Translations under genes and position numbers: made by a program | Assembly: GCA_009859145.1 (NCBI GenBank) | Contig: VRVR01000026.1 | Span: forward strand, 262,707-326,706 | Length of the DNA: 64,000 nt | Source of the DNA: Andalucia godoyi And28 | Lineage: Eukaryota > Protista > Jakobida | Direction of reading: 5' to 3' | The notes under the pieces: model-generated | Told to the model about the DNA's origin: nothing | The model's database searches: none | What the model saw: the letters and a program-made list of their open reading frames with translations, nothing else | Part shown: positions 21,033-32,418 of the stretch, piece after piece | Position numbering within the stretch: the stretch's first letter is position 1 | Layout: every line of letters begins with the position of its first letter

Positions 21033-22586
21033 TTACGAGGAGTGGGAGCTAGGGGCTCGTGCAGCAATGCTCAATGGTGGTAGCCGAGCACGAGTTCGGC
21101 TGTCAGGGGGGTCCGAAATCGAAGAGAGCGTTTCCTGTCCATGGTGTCTTGAACGTCGCACCGGGCGTGCTGTGTTGTCATCGTCGTCTTCGGATTCCTC
21201 TGCTGGATTGCCGAGTTCAACAACACCCGGGGCAGAGGACTGCTGATGGCACGGACGTTCCGGGTCATGCTCCAGGGTGGATGCATCGTATCGCCTATCC
21301 TCATCTGCGTCCGAACACAAATCCTCATCTGCGTCTCCATCCATTGTGTGTCGTGGTTCATGAACATCGACTTCTCCACCAAGCGACCTTTGCGTCTCGG
21401 ATCCAAGACCATGGTCATTCATCAGCAATGCTTGTCCCGTCGCGGTCTGGCCAGCTGCAGCAACTGCGATTTGCATCGAGCGCTGCGAACCTTGGGCTTC
21501 CAATCGACTTCGGGAGCCAGTCCGCGAGAGCCCAGCGGGACCATGCGCACCGCTTGCTGTTCGAGTGACGTGCGGCTTCGAACGGGAATCTGACAGCGAA
21601 AGAGAGGATGAAGACGGCGACGCCATGTCGTCCATATTGCCACCATTATCGTTCGTGTCGCCTCCCTCCACACTGCCTCCACCATCGGCAGAATTTGCTG
21701 AAGCAACGGACGATGACTGCGCAAGAAGCTGACGCTGTCTCATGATCCACTCGTACGTCGTTAAGCCAGCTTTGAACAAGTAGATGTGAAACTTGAGCAG
21801 GTCTGCAAGCATGTAGAGTGCAACAAGCCCGAGGAAGATGAACAAGCACCATGTAGATAGGAAAAAGTACTGCACCGCCTCTGCGTTCGATTGCGAGGAA
21901 ATCGAATATGAACTCGCTATTCTGTCTCGCTGGCCCTCCGGCGTTGATGCATAGTCAGCAATTACGAACGCACACAGCGCAATGTGATAGAGAACGATTA
22001 CAATGGACACACACACAAATACAAAGAACCACGAGTAGTTGCTCTTCTTTGCCACGCATGAATTGAGCCATCGACAATGATGGTCAAAGTGTGCCACGCA
22101 CTTGTTGCAAGTTCTACAATGCTTGGACCCTTGAAGAACGTATGAATCGCACAAGTAGCAGTAGAGCATCTGCGACAGATCGCGATTGTCTACCCGTGAT
22201 GTCGCTTGCCCGTCCTCTGTACTCTCGTTTCCAGTCCGAGTATTGTGTGAGTCATACGGAACGTCATTCTCCACACTCTCAGGATCCTGTGAAATCTGTG
22301 ATGAGCGGTATTTTTTGCCTACTCTCCTCCGCGGATACACATACCGCTTGACGTTTGGATCTGCAGGATCCATGATTGCACAAGTGATATCCGTTCCAAT
22401 GCATACAGCAAACAACACTCCATAAACTGTGCACATAACGACACTGGACCCAGAAGCCAGCGCAACAGAAACTGTCAGCGCGAAATGAAGAGCAAACAGT
22501 CCAAATAAGAACCACGACAGCAGTTGTAATGAATCAAACGGCTTCTGAAATCCATGTTGTCGAACAGGTTGCTGCTCAACGGTCAT
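21033..22586 (-). CDS. DHHC palmitoyltransferase (ZDHHC1/11-like)
   Basis: CYLC...SKHCRTCNKCVAHFDHHCRWLNSCV, DPAD motif, TTYEW. Likely start MTVEQQ at 22586. Confidence 0.93.
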   Translation of the reverse strand: MTVEQQPVRQHGFQKPFDSLQLLSWFLFGLFALHFALTVSVALASGSSVVMCTVYGVLFAVCIGTDITCAIMDPADPNVKRYVYPRRRVGKKYRSSQISQDPESVENDVPYDSHNTRTGNESTEDGQATSRVDNRDLSQMLYCYLCDSYVLQGSKHCRTCNKCVAHFDHHCRWLNSCVAKKSNYSWFFVFVCVSIVIVLYHIALCAFVIADYASTPEGQRDRIASSYSISSQSNAEAVQYFFLSTWCLFIFLGLVALYMLADLLKFHIYLFKAGLTTYEWIMRQRQLLAQSSSVASANSADGGGSVEGGDTNDNGGNMDDMASPSSSSLSLSDSRSKPHVTRTASGAHGPAGLSRTGSRSRLEAQGSQRSMQIAVAAAGQTATGQALLMNDHGLGSETQRSLGGEVDVHEPRHTMDGDADEDLCSDADEDRRYDASTLEHDPERPCHQQSSAPGVVELGNPAEESEDDDDNTARPVRRSRHHGQETLSSISDPPDSRTRARLPPLSIAARAPSSHSS

Positions 22587-22887
22587 TTCATTCCGGATGC
22601 CCCACGCAGTTTCTCTTCTTTCTAAATCAAAAACACACACCACACAAACCAGTCCCCCCCCTTCACCACACCAAAAGCAAAAACACGAAACTGACACAAA
22701 TGAATACTGAAAAGACACCATAGAAAGAACTTTTAAGAATGCAATAGAAAACTGCAAATGGAAAAAACAGCAGTTTGTTTAACTACAGTAAGCAGTCTCG
22801 ATGGAATATTACTGGCCCTATTTTTCTATTTTTTAATTAATTTTAGTACAGCAGAAGACGGTGATTGGGGGACAGTGTGATCGGCCT

Positions 22888-24849
22888 TCACTTTTTGCGA
22901 TTGGCGACTTTGCGTTTTGCCGAGTCCAGAAGTTGTTTTCGAAGACGAATGGACGACGGGGTGACCTCGAGGCATTCGTCATCGCGCATGTACGTGATTG
23001 CGTCTTCCAAGGTTAAGATTCGGGGAGGAGTGAGCTTCACCGTGTCGTCCCTCATGACGGTTCGAACATTACTCAAATGCTTTTCCTTGCTTGCGTTGCA
23101 CTCGAGATCGTTATCACGAGTGTGCTCACCAATGACCATTCCTTCGTACACTTCTTCCCCTGGAGAAACAAACAACTGGCCACGCGGCTCGAGAGCCAAC
23201 AGCGCATACATCGTCGCAATGCCAGACTCAGACGAGATCAGAGCTCCCTTTTCGAGCTTGTCAATCGAACCTCGATAAGGCCCGTACTCCAAGAACAGCC
23301 GCTGCATCACCCCGGATCCGTGAGTGTCGTTCACAAATTCACGGCGGTATCCCATAAGACCGCGAGTCGGAACCTGGAACACGAGCCGAGACCGGCCTTG
23401 GTGAGTTGTGTAGTCCTTTAACTCCCCTTTCCGCAACGTCAACTTCTCAATCACCGTTCCGGCATAGTCGGCTTCTACATCAATAACTGCTTCTTCGATC
23501 GGTTCGGAGCCATCGTCCTTGAACAGGCACTTTGGCGGATAGATCGACATTTCGAAACCTTCACGACGCATTGTTTCAATCAGGATTCCCAGCTGCAGCT
23601 CTCCACGTCCCCGAACCTCAAACGCTTCTCCGTTCGGACTGATGGTGAGGTTGAGCGCAATGTTCGATTCCACTTCCTTTTCAAGTCGTTCGCGGATCAT
23701 TGTGGAGGTCACCTTCTTACTCTTAGCGTCCTTTCCGGACAGCGGACTGTCGTTCACTGCAAACATCATGCTGATTGTCGGAGGGTCAATCGGAATCGAC
23801 GGAATGGGATCGACAATCGACAGGTCTGCAAGGGTAGAGTTCACTGTGGACTTTGGCAGGCCTGCAATTGACACAATGTCACCGGCAACTGCTTCGTCCA
23901 CGGCAATCTGTGTCATCCCTTGCCTCCGCTTCAGAATCTTCATGATTCTATTGTCCTCGACAATATCCCCGTTTGGAGCAATCGAGTGGATACGCTGTCC
24001 AACTTTGACGGTGCCGCTTTGTACTCTTCCCAACAAACACTTTCCAAAATACGAGTTGGATTCCAGCTGCGACACCAGCATCTGGAAGGCTGCAGTGGGG
24101 TCCACGTTCGGAGACGGGAATCGCTTCACTGCCGCAGCAAAGAATGCGGTGACATCTTGCACAGACTCGTCCTTCCAGTCTGTTCTGCACCATCCTTGTC
24201 GCGCAGAGGCATAGAGCACAGGGTAGTCCAGCTGTTCGTCATTTGCGTCGAGCTGGCAAAACAAGTCGAAGATCTCATTCTCAACAGGACCGCCAACACG
24301 AGTCGCCGCGGTTGGCCGATCAACCTTGTTGATCACCACCATGGGCAGTTTGCCAGCCTGCAGAGCCTTCTTGAGCACAAATTTTGTCTGTGCCATCGGT
24401 CCTTCGGTAGCATCCACAACCAGCGCCACTCCATCTACCATGCTCAGCGACCGCTCGACTTCGCCTCCAAAGTCTGCGTGCCCTGGAGTATCGCAAATGT
24501 TGAATGTGTACCCATTGAATGTAAGTTCCGTGGCCTTTGCAAGAATCGTGATTCCACGTTCTTTTTCCAGCTGATTCGAGTCCATTACTCGCTCCGACTC
24601 TGTTGAACCACTTCTTTGCGACAAGGACTCCTTCAGCAAACAGTCCACAAGGCTCGTTTTCCCATGGTCGACGTGGGCAATAATGCTCAAATTTCGAATC
24701 TTTGAGATATCACGCACAACACTCGACGAGAAACACCGACGAGACGCGGATCCAACAGCCGCCATTATTGTCATTGTCGTTGTCATCATCCTGCGATCTA
24801 CTCCTCCCAAACGTCGGATCGCCAACGACCGACACTGCGAAAACAGCAT
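22888..24849 (-). CDS. typA: TypA/BipA translational GTPase with N-terminal mitochondrial-type targeting peptide
   Basis: IAHVDHGKT, ERGITI, DTPGHADFGGEVER, NKVD, GRGELQLGIL, PTRGLMG and TPSSIRLRK. Arg/Ser-rich N-terminus. Confidence 0.95.
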   Translation of the reverse strand: MLFSQCRSLAIRRLGGVDRRMMTTTMTIMAAVGSASRRCFSSSVVRDISKIRNLSIIAHVDHGKTSLVDCLLKESLSQRSGSTESERVMDSNQLEKERGITILAKATELTFNGYTFNICDTPGHADFGGEVERSLSMVDGVALVVDATEGPMAQTKFVLKKALQAGKLPMVVINKVDRPTAATRVGGPVENEIFDLFCQLDANDEQLDYPVLYASARQGWCRTDWKDESVQDVTAFFAAAVKRFPSPNVDPTAAFQMLVSQLESNSYFGKCLLGRVQSGTVKVGQRIHSIAPNGDIVEDNRIMKILKRRQGMTQIAVDEAVAGDIVSIAGLPKSTVNSTLADLSIVDPIPSIPIDPPTISMMFAVNDSPLSGKDAKSKKVTSTMIRERLEKEVESNIALNLTISPNGEAFEVRGRGELQLGILIETMRREGFEMSIYPPKCLFKDDGSEPIEEAVIDVEADYAGTVIEKLTLRKGELKDYTTHQGRSRLVFQVPTRGLMGYRREFVNDTHGSGVMQRLFLEYGPYRGSIDKLEKGALISSESGIATMYALLALEPRGQLFVSPGEEVYEGMVIGEHTRDNDLECNASKEKHLSNVRTVMRDDTVKLTPPRILTLEDAITYMRDDECLEVTPSSIRLRKQLLDSAKRKVANRKK

Positions 24850-25339
24850 TCTTCACAAACACAAACAAACAAACAAACACTCTAACCAACACTGTTCAGA
24901 AATACCTTTTCTTTTTCCTCGCCCTGGCCTTAACCCTTTTCGTTTTTAATTTCCTGTTTTTTTAAATAAAAAATTAAAAAACTAATGAAAAGCCTTTTTG
25001 TTTTTGTATGCTTTTCCCTTTCCCTTTTCTCTTTTCTCATTGGATCTCAAAACGGGAAAAAGCGCACAGAGGAAAACCAAAGCGACAAAATAGAGGTTGC
25101 ATAAAATGTTTCGCGCAATCAGAAATGCATCGACAAATGTCGACAGTCTTTCCTTTCCAAGGATTTTTTTTTTGGAAATTCCCGACAGAAAATGCCGACA
25201 ATGCTTTCGAGGCTTTTAGTTTCTTCTTTGCTTTAGTAATTTTTTCTTTTGCTTTTGAAAGCTCAAAGGTTTGCATGTTGTTTGAGTGAATTCGGTTTTT
25301 TGTTTTTTGTTTTGGTTTGTTGCTGTTGATCCATACGTG

Positions 25340-26323
25340 ATGAGTGCGGTTCTAAAGCAAAAGAAGCTGGGTGAGGAGTGCAACGGTGCGGAGGATCCTG
25401 GAGCGGCAAAGAAAGAGCCGAACTCGCTGTACCTTCGGACGAAGCGCAGACTGCTCAAGTTCCACGAGGCACCGCATTATTTGCGTGACAATGAGTTTCT
25501 CGTGCGAGGCTATCGTCCATTGTTGTCTTTCAAGGAATGCGTCGAGTCCATTTACGCGTACCGGTCCAATGAGTTCTTTAACATATGGTCGCATCTGATT
25601 GGGACGTTTCTCTTCTCTGGAGTTCTCGTGTACATGCAGCTGTTTTTTGATTGGCCCCACGATGCCCCGGAGCACCGCATTATATTTTCCGTGTTCTTGG
25701 CTTCGGCTGCCGTCTGTTGCTTCCTTTCGACGATTTATCATACATTTGGGTGCATGTCGGAGCGTATTTATCGCACCTTGTTGAAATGCGACTACATTGG
25801 CATCTCCACTCTCATCTCTGGGTCCATCAGCATACTTGTCTATTATCTGTTCTCGTGCAATCTGTACTGGAGAAACATGTATCTTTCAGGGATTGGCTTG
25901 CTGATGTTTGCTGGAATCGGATTCTCCAGCTGGGATACGTTCTACTCTGTTCATTTCCGCGTCGGTCGAGCCGCATTGTTTGTGCTCATGGGCGCATCGG
26001 GCATGGTCCCAGCGTGCCATTTCATGTTTGTCGTCGGCGCAGACGACATGCACAATTTTGGAATTGCGCTTCCGTTTGTCATCATGATGGCAACGTACTT
26101 GGCTGGCGCAATTGTGTTCGCCTCGCGTGTTCCAGAGCGGTGGAAACCTGGTCGGTTTGACATGTGCATGCACTCTCATACATACATGCACATCTCTGTT
26201 ATCGTTGCTGCTTCCTTTCATCTTCTCGGTTCTGCAAGGCTCTACAACTATCTCCACAATCTCGACGACTTTTCGTGCTCCAAAAACTTTTGGCTCGAGC
26301 CCGACATGCTTGTCAAACTCTGA
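25340..26323 (+). CDS. PAQR/AdipoR-family (Hemolysin-III) 7-TM protein
   Basis: DNEFLVRGYRP, NEFFNIWSHLIG, STIYHTF, DYIGI, PERWKPGRFD and HTYMH zinc ligands. Confidence 0.93.
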   Translation: MSAVLKQKKLGEECNGAEDPGAAKKEPNSLYLRTKRRLLKFHEAPHYLRDNEFLVRGYRPLLSFKECVESIYAYRSNEFFNIWSHLIGTFLFSGVLVYMQLFFDWPHDAPEHRIIFSVFLASAAVCCFLSTIYHTFGCMSERIYRTLLKCDYIGISTLISGSISILVYYLFSCNLYWRNMYLSGIGLLMFAGIGFSSWDTFYSVHFRVGRAALFVLMGASGMVPACHFMFVVGADDMHNFGIALPFVIMMATYLAGAIVFASRVPERWKPGRFDMCMHSHTYMHISVIVAASFHLLGSARLYNYLHNLDDFSCSKNFWLEPDMLVKL

Positions 26324-26394
26324 AAAATAAGGACAATCATCCTTGCATCCTTGCATCATCGCATCCTTGCATCATCGCATTCTCGTACTCTATT

Positions 26395-27465
26395 TCATAA
26401 TGTCCATCGGCGGCGATCTTCGTCGATATCCACCGGCGTGTACCAATCCGGCAGCATGAGGCTGGGGTTGAGCCGATAGTTCAAGAGCAGTTCGTCCTCT
26501 CCATGAATAAAGTCAGTCGACAGCAGCGCAACCGTTTTGATGAGCACGTCCTGGTCTCCAAACAAGTACGGCTTCTTGTACCAGATGCAGGGAACATATG
26601 CAGCATACGTGCTTGCAAAAGAAGCAGGAATGTCCACCGGTACAATCATGACATTCGGCTTCCTACCAGCCGGAGGATGATTGACTCGGTGTGCTTGTGC
26701 AAACGGATGGTTTGGGTGCGCACCACACTCTCTCCCGCTCCGATCGTCCACAGAATCGGGCTCCTCCCCGTGTTCTTCATTCTCCCTGATCCACTCGAGT
26801 GCCCGCTTCGACGCACTGGAAAACACGCTGCTTTCCGCAGCGTCCACCACAGTTCCATCGTACCGCCCCACCAGATACAAGTTTGGCTCTCCATTTGCAA
26901 GCCTGAACGGCACACTTTTCGCATCCTGTGCACTGTACACCATACCAGGATAGATCTGCATCACGGTTCCCGGTGGAATGGTCACCGCATCGCCGTCGGT
27001 CTTTGCAAACACACCAAGCCCGGCCTTCGGATGGATGTCTGACTGGGCAACCGCACAGCAAAACCCAAGTTGGGCATGCAGCAACGCATCGTCCATCGGC
27101 ATAAGCTGGACACTATGCTGTGGATCCGACGCGTCGACTGCGTCTGCATCCAGCGGATTGCTCGCACTCCACTGCGTTCTGAATCGAACGGAAGCTCCGC
27201 CACCTCCTGCCGCTCGGAAAGCCTGATGACTGGCCCAAGTCGCTTTCAGCACCGCCTCAATCTGCCGGTTCACATGTGACTTTACATACGCACGTACTGC
27301 AGCTATCGGCGGCACCGACGTGTCCACCGTACCGTTCTCCCGCGAATACAGCGCAAGATACGCACGGATCAAATCAGCATGCTCCTGCATTCCTTGCTTT
27401 TCAAACTTGTTTTTGATCGCCCTCGCTGTCCATCGATCCAACAGCCCTCGAATCACCGAAAGCAT
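26395..27465 (-). CDS. SETD9: SET-domain protein, SETD9-like
   Basis: AGLGVF, IYPGMVY, RYDGTVVDA, AHRVNHPP, ELLLNYR and WYTPVD...DRRRW. Confidence 0.8.
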   Translation of the reverse strand: MLSVIRGLLDRWTARAIKNKFEKQGMQEHADLIRAYLALYSRENGTVDTSVPPIAAVRAYVKSHVNRQIEAVLKATWASHQAFRAAGGGGASVRFRTQWSASNPLDADAVDASDPQHSVQLMPMDDALLHAQLGFCCAVAQSDIHPKAGLGVFAKTDGDAVTIPPGTVMQIYPGMVYSAQDAKSVPFRLANGEPNLYLVGRYDGTVVDAAESSVFSSASKRALEWIRENEEHGEEPDSVDDRSGRECGAHPNHPFAQAHRVNHPPAGRKPNVMIVPVDIPASFASTYAAYVPCIWYKKPYLFGDQDVLIKTVALLSTDFIHGEDELLLNYRLNPSLMLPDWYTPVDIDEDRRRWTL

Positions 27466-27756
27466 TTCCTCACCTCACTTCACCTCTCTCTTCACCCGGA
27501 AGCATTCGCTCTGAAACACACACAGACATGAGCACTTATCTGTATGCTTACCAGTACGACACAAAGTCATTCGATCAGCCTTACCGTAGTCCATGCCCGT
27601 TTTTTGAAACAATAAAAGGTCCAACTACAGTCCGCTGCGGAGAGTTTCCCAGATAATCTCTGCCAGCTTCCGAAAGGAGAAACGGGTGTTCTGGAATCCT
27701 CGTTTTCAGCAGCAGCAGCACACACATAGAAGGAAGGAAGGAAGGAAGGAAGGAAG

Positions 27757-27794
<38 letters not shown>

Positions 27795-27860
27795 GGCTTA
27801 CAGACCCATACGAGCATACAGAGGTGGAGATCATAGGAACACAGACACAGAGCTCAAAGG

Positions 27861-29592
27861 ATGTCGTCCGTGCTGGATTCCAAGATTGTGAAGCGATATG
27901 AAGGGCATGAAAACGCCAAGCGAGAAGATCTTGTATGTATTATCCCTTCTTGTATTCTTGTATTGAACATGCTGTTTCGTTTTTCCCTTCATGTTTTTAA
28001 TTTTGGTTATTCATGTTCATTTCTGGTTGCACTGTGCAATGGGAGGAGTACTGATGGGAGGGTAGAACACATCGTTTGGGGACAGCAAAGAAGGGACGCT
28101 ATACAAGCTAGGGACGTCGATAAAGACGTGGTCGAAGCGGTATTTTACGCTACAGGGCAAAGTGTTGACGTCGTCGAAGAACGCGAATGCCAGTGCTCCG
28201 GACCACACGATGGATGTGACAACGCTTGCGGTTTCGGTGCTTCCGGAGACACGCGGCAAGCAGTTTGCGTTTTCGATAACACTGGAAGGTGCGGATAAGC
28301 CGGTGCTGCTGGCAGCGTCGACGAAAGCGGAGCGCGATGAGTGGATCGATGTGATTGAGCGAGTCCAGCGTCGACACTCGAATATCCTGCTTGCGAGAGC
28401 GCGACGGGATTCGCGTGCAAATTCGTCGCTTCGTGAGCATCCGCTGAAGAGGTATTCTGCAGTGGACGCAGAGGCAGACGCAATGGTTGCGTCTCTTGAA
28501 AGAGGGGTTCCGCAGTCGCCTTTCGAGTACGTTGCGTATTCACATGCAGAAGACTTTTCGTCGCTTCGTGCGGATGTCTGGTCTGCGCGATTGGTGGACT
28601 CGATCCGAAGGTTCGCGCTGTGCGTATTTGAGCGGCAGTGGATTATGTACAGAAAGATGCTGCGGTCGAAATGCTCGTTTTACTGGAAGGATGCGCAAAT
28701 GAAGGTGGCGACGCCCAGCTCGTACACCTCGGAGGAAAATCCAATGTGCGGTGCAGACGAACTGGATGCCGATGAACGTGAAATCTATTGCATACAGATC
28801 GTAGGAACGTATTCAGGAGTGACAGACACGTTTTGCTGGAGCTGGGGCAACGAAGTGTTGATGGGTGCGTACCTGTCCGACACCACTGGACTGCTGTCTC
28901 CAGATGCCAAGGCAGATGTGATGCGCAGGAAGAGATCGTTCACGTCCGACCCACTGGTGGTCGCCAAGTACATGGCAGAAGTTCTGTCTGCTTACGAAAG
29001 CACTCCGCCAGAGTTCTTCTTTCCCATGTGCAAGGCGTTTACGAATACCCACGTGTTTGGGCTTGTGCTCGGCTCGTTTCTTATGCACCATGCGTCAGTT
29101 TCCACAGATTTGGTGGTCCGCGAGGAGTTCTCCGTGTCGGATCTGTGCGGTGTGCTTCGAATTCCTTATTCAGACACAGAAATGGCTGCAGTTCCTCTGC
29201 CTGCGTTGCCTGCAGATTTCAGCGCCGCGCCGGCCTCCGCAATGGCACCGTCGTCGACTGCCACTGCCCCGCTCAACGAACTGCTGATTTTGGTATACCC
29301 TTCGTCTCCAGAGAATGCATATCTCTATTCAATGGATTACAAGAACGTCGACAATCTCATGTTGCAGCAAGTCATTATCGCATTTTTTGTCGAGTTTGGA
29401 TCAGACCCAGTGTTTTTGCGACATATCGATGCGGTCTCGATGGTGAAGTGCTATCTTGAAGGGCATGGACTGGACTGCAGTGTGCAACCGTCGGTAATTG
29501 AAGCGTCCAAGCATGGCTGCAAGCAAATGCGAGTGCTGTTCACGGACTCAGGCAAGTTCAAGAGCATCGAAGTATCGACGATGGAAGATTGA
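27861..29592 (+). CDS. PH-domain protein with C-terminal DUF6882-like region, 2 exons (27861-27932, 28066-29592)
   Basis: GTATGT...GGTAG intron in phase 0. PH domain: KEGTLYKLGTSIKTWSKRYFTL...QFAFSI...LAASTKAERDEWIDVI. Later QIVGTYS...FCWSWGN. Confidence 0.8.
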
Positions 29593-29851
29593 CGATTCCT
29601 GGGGAGGTTGGGCGAGTGGGGTTTGAAGCTGTACACAACACATTGATTATTCTACATTAAAAACATTAAAAGCAAAAAACAAGAGCCGGTTCGTCAGATT
29701 CGCAAACCACAGCAAAAATGTACAATGTCCACAAAAAAGAAATCATGAAGCCACCAAAACAACAACAAAAAATAATTATTAAAAAACAATATAATAAAAA
29801 CCGATTCCTGACGACGTTTTGGAGATGTGATGTGATGACTGGTGTTTTTCC

Positions 29852-32008
29852 CTAGTGTCCGAACAGCTGCCGTTCCATGTCTCGTAGTCTCTTCACTTGC
29901 AATGCCCAAGGGGCCTTTTCACTCAGCAAGAGTACCTTGGCCTGCTGCTTCTCTTCCGCAGACAACAGTGTCTCATCGTCATCATAGTACCTGTACATCA
30001 GAACGAACAGGTCTTCGCCCAGTCTTGCATCGCATGACGCGCGAATGTTCTCCAGTTGGTTGACGGACAAACGATGATCGCGTTGGTTGGGAACAAAAAT
30101 CTCAACGGGAACATCTTTGGAGACGTCTGACGATAAGTGAGAATCCAATGATTCCGCAACCATTGATTTCCGTTCTAGCACAATCTCCACAGCTGGAAAA
30201 GACCCCGAAGCACGCTTGTTGCCACCGCGGTCCCGCTGGATGCTCTTTCGAGTCTCGGAATCCGTAAACGAGGAAGAGCGCTCCAAGGCACTTTCTGCCT
30301 CCATCGAGCCGCGGGCACTCCTGGAAGCTCCACTCTGCTGGTTCTGTGGAGTATGCTGCCTCGGCACCGATGCGATGCGACGAGGAGCTGGCAAGCCATT
30401 TGAATCAGCCTTCACGAGGTGGCCATGAGGGCCATGCTCAGCTGCTGCCTCTTCTGCGTTCTTTCGCTCAAATGCAGTACTGAGACTGCGAAATTCCGTT
30501 TGCTTGGATTTGAGCCAGCCCGAGTCCAGACGCGGTCGATCCTTTCTGTCTCGCTTCAGCTCCGCGGCAGTCGGCGGCTTTTTGGCACCCGGCTGCTGTG
30601 ACAGAATGACGTTGTTTCCAGAAATCGCGGATCGATTGGCATCGACGCCCGCCTTATCAAAGAGATAACCGGCCTTGATTGATTTTGCGATATCGAACCC
30701 GAGTTTTCCGATCCACTTTTGCACAAACTCTGCACCAAGCAGCTCTGAAGTGGAGGGTCGCTTCCGCGGATCGCGTTCCAAGCACTGCAAGCAGAGCAGC
30801 CGCAATCCATCGGAAAATCGCCCCTTCGGAATGGGCTGCACCCTGCCATTCACGACCTTCATCATGAGGGAAGGGAGCGACGCAGCATCAAACGCCCGCT
30901 TCAGCATACACGTCTCATACAACACGCAGCCAAGAGACCAGATATCGGACTTCGCTGTGTACCCTTGTTCGGCGACCTGACCGGCCCGTCGAATTCGCGA
31001 GCTAACAATCTCCAACGGCATCCAACTCGCGTCACTATCGTGGTTTTCGTTTTCCCGGAGGTCCACAGGGCTATATCGCAGTATCGCATCCGCCACCGAT
31101 TCTTCCGCTGCTTCTGCACTTGCATTTGCATTGGAGTTTGCATTTGGGTTTGTGATACGTGAAGAACGCGTCGCAGCTGAGATCTCGTCACTCCACCGAC
31201 GGGGAGTGGTGTTTGCCAGAGCATCGTGGTGGCCCTGACTGAGCTGCTTGTCCATTCCGTATTCGCAGCACTCCGGGGCCATATAATGCGGAGTCCCACA
31301 CACTGTTGTTGCCATAGCCTCCTTTTCTTTGAGCTGTCGGGCGATACCAAAATCTCCGAGCTTCACGCATCGCGCTTCCATGCTTAGAAACACGTTCGCG
31401 GTCTTGATGTCTCTGTGAAAAACAGAGTTCTTGTGCAGGTAGTCCAGTGCAAACAGCAGCTGCAAAAACCACGACATGACTTGTTCTTCGGTGAACACGA
31501 TAACCTTTGCCGACGCAGCTTGGATCGCAAGCGAGAGGTCTCCGCTGTCAGCATACTCGGTCACAATGTACAGGTCCGGGACGCTCTTCTTCGACTTTTC
31601 CGTCTCGAGCTCCGCGGCAACCGACGATCGACAGCTTTCGTCCATCATCTGGTCATCAACGTCCAGCGAAGAAGCGTAGAAGCAGTCGAAAAATGCTATA
31701 ACATTTGGATGCGACAGGCCTTGCAATAAGCGGCACTCGGCAATTGCTTGCTGCAGTTCAGCAGGAAGCAGCGCGCTGTCGTAATCTTCAAACGGATGAC
31801 GCTCCAACAGATTTGGATACGACGATACGGACGCATGCAGTGCAGAAGAAGCCCGGCTTTCAATGAACGGGATATGCTTGATGCACACCTGCTTCAGATC
31901 CGTCGATCGAACGGCCAAGTACGCCGTCCCAAACGACCCTTGGCCAATCGCCCGTGTGATCCGATACGACAAGTTCGCCTCGTGCGGATGGATCAGCACT
32001 CGATCCAT
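29852..32008 (-). CDS. NIMA-related (NEK) Ser/Thr kinase
   Basis: GQGSFG, VCIK, HRDIKTANVFL, KLGDFGIARQL, GTPHYMAPE and SDIWSLGCVLYE, with two insertions in the kinase domain. Confidence 0.92.
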   Translation of the reverse strand: MDRVLIHPHEANLSYRITRAIGQGSFGTAYLAVRSTDLKQVCIKHIPFIESRASSALHASVSSYPNLLERHPFEDYDSALLPAELQQAIAECRLLQGLSHPNVIAFFDCFYASSLDVDDQMMDESCRSSVAAELETEKSKKSVPDLYIVTEYADSGDLSLAIQAASAKVIVFTEEQVMSWFLQLLFALDYLHKNSVFHRDIKTANVFLSMEARCVKLGDFGIARQLKEKEAMATTVCGTPHYMAPECCEYGMDKQLSQGHHDALANTTPRRWSDEISAATRSSRITNPNANSNANASAEAAEESVADAILRYSPVDLRENENHDSDASWMPLEIVSSRIRRAGQVAEQGYTAKSDIWSLGCVLYETCMLKRAFDAASLPSLMMKVVNGRVQPIPKGRFSDGLRLLCLQCLERDPRKRPSTSELLGAEFVQKWIGKLGFDIAKSIKAGYLFDKAGVDANRSAISGNNVILSQQPGAKKPPTAAELKRDRKDRPRLDSGWLKSKQTEFRSLSTAFERKNAEEAAAEHGPHGHLVKADSNGLPAPRRIASVPRQHTPQNQQSGASRSARGSMEAESALERSSSFTDSETRKSIQRDRGGNKRASGSFPAVEIVLERKSMVAESLDSHLSSDVSKDVPVEIFVPNQRDHRLSVNQLENIRASCDARLGEDLFVLMYRYYDDDETLLSAEEKQQAKVLLLSEKAPWALQVKRLRDMERQLFGH

Positions 32009-32418
32009 TCACGAATCAACAAGCTAGCTTACACCAACAACCAACACCCAGCACTCACCAAGACCAAAGCAATAGCAACAATAGCAACAACAATAGCAAT
32101 AGCAACAATAGTAATGATGATACAGAGCCGAAAATGCTGCGTTGCGATTACGGAAGCAAATCGGGTTGATGGTCCTGATGGATCACAGATGCCCCCCCAT
32201 TTACCGTATATTAATTAATATATGAATTGAGAAATCGGAAAAAGGTCCGGCAGAAGATCCTGCACGCAGACATTGGACTACAGCCAGCAAAACGATCCCC
32301 TCCTACCGCGCAGAATGGCAGAATGAAGGATGCAAATGGCAGGAACTTTACTGCAGAAACAAAACATATTGAGAAGTGATATGGTATGTGGTTAGAGAGC
32401 GTGTGAGAGAAAAGGAGG

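Noticed and set aside
26331-26385. Degenerate CATCCTTG/CATCATCG tandem repeat between convergent genes
   Set aside because: Simple microsatellite-like slippage in a 3' UTR; no spacer structure, not CRISPR-like.
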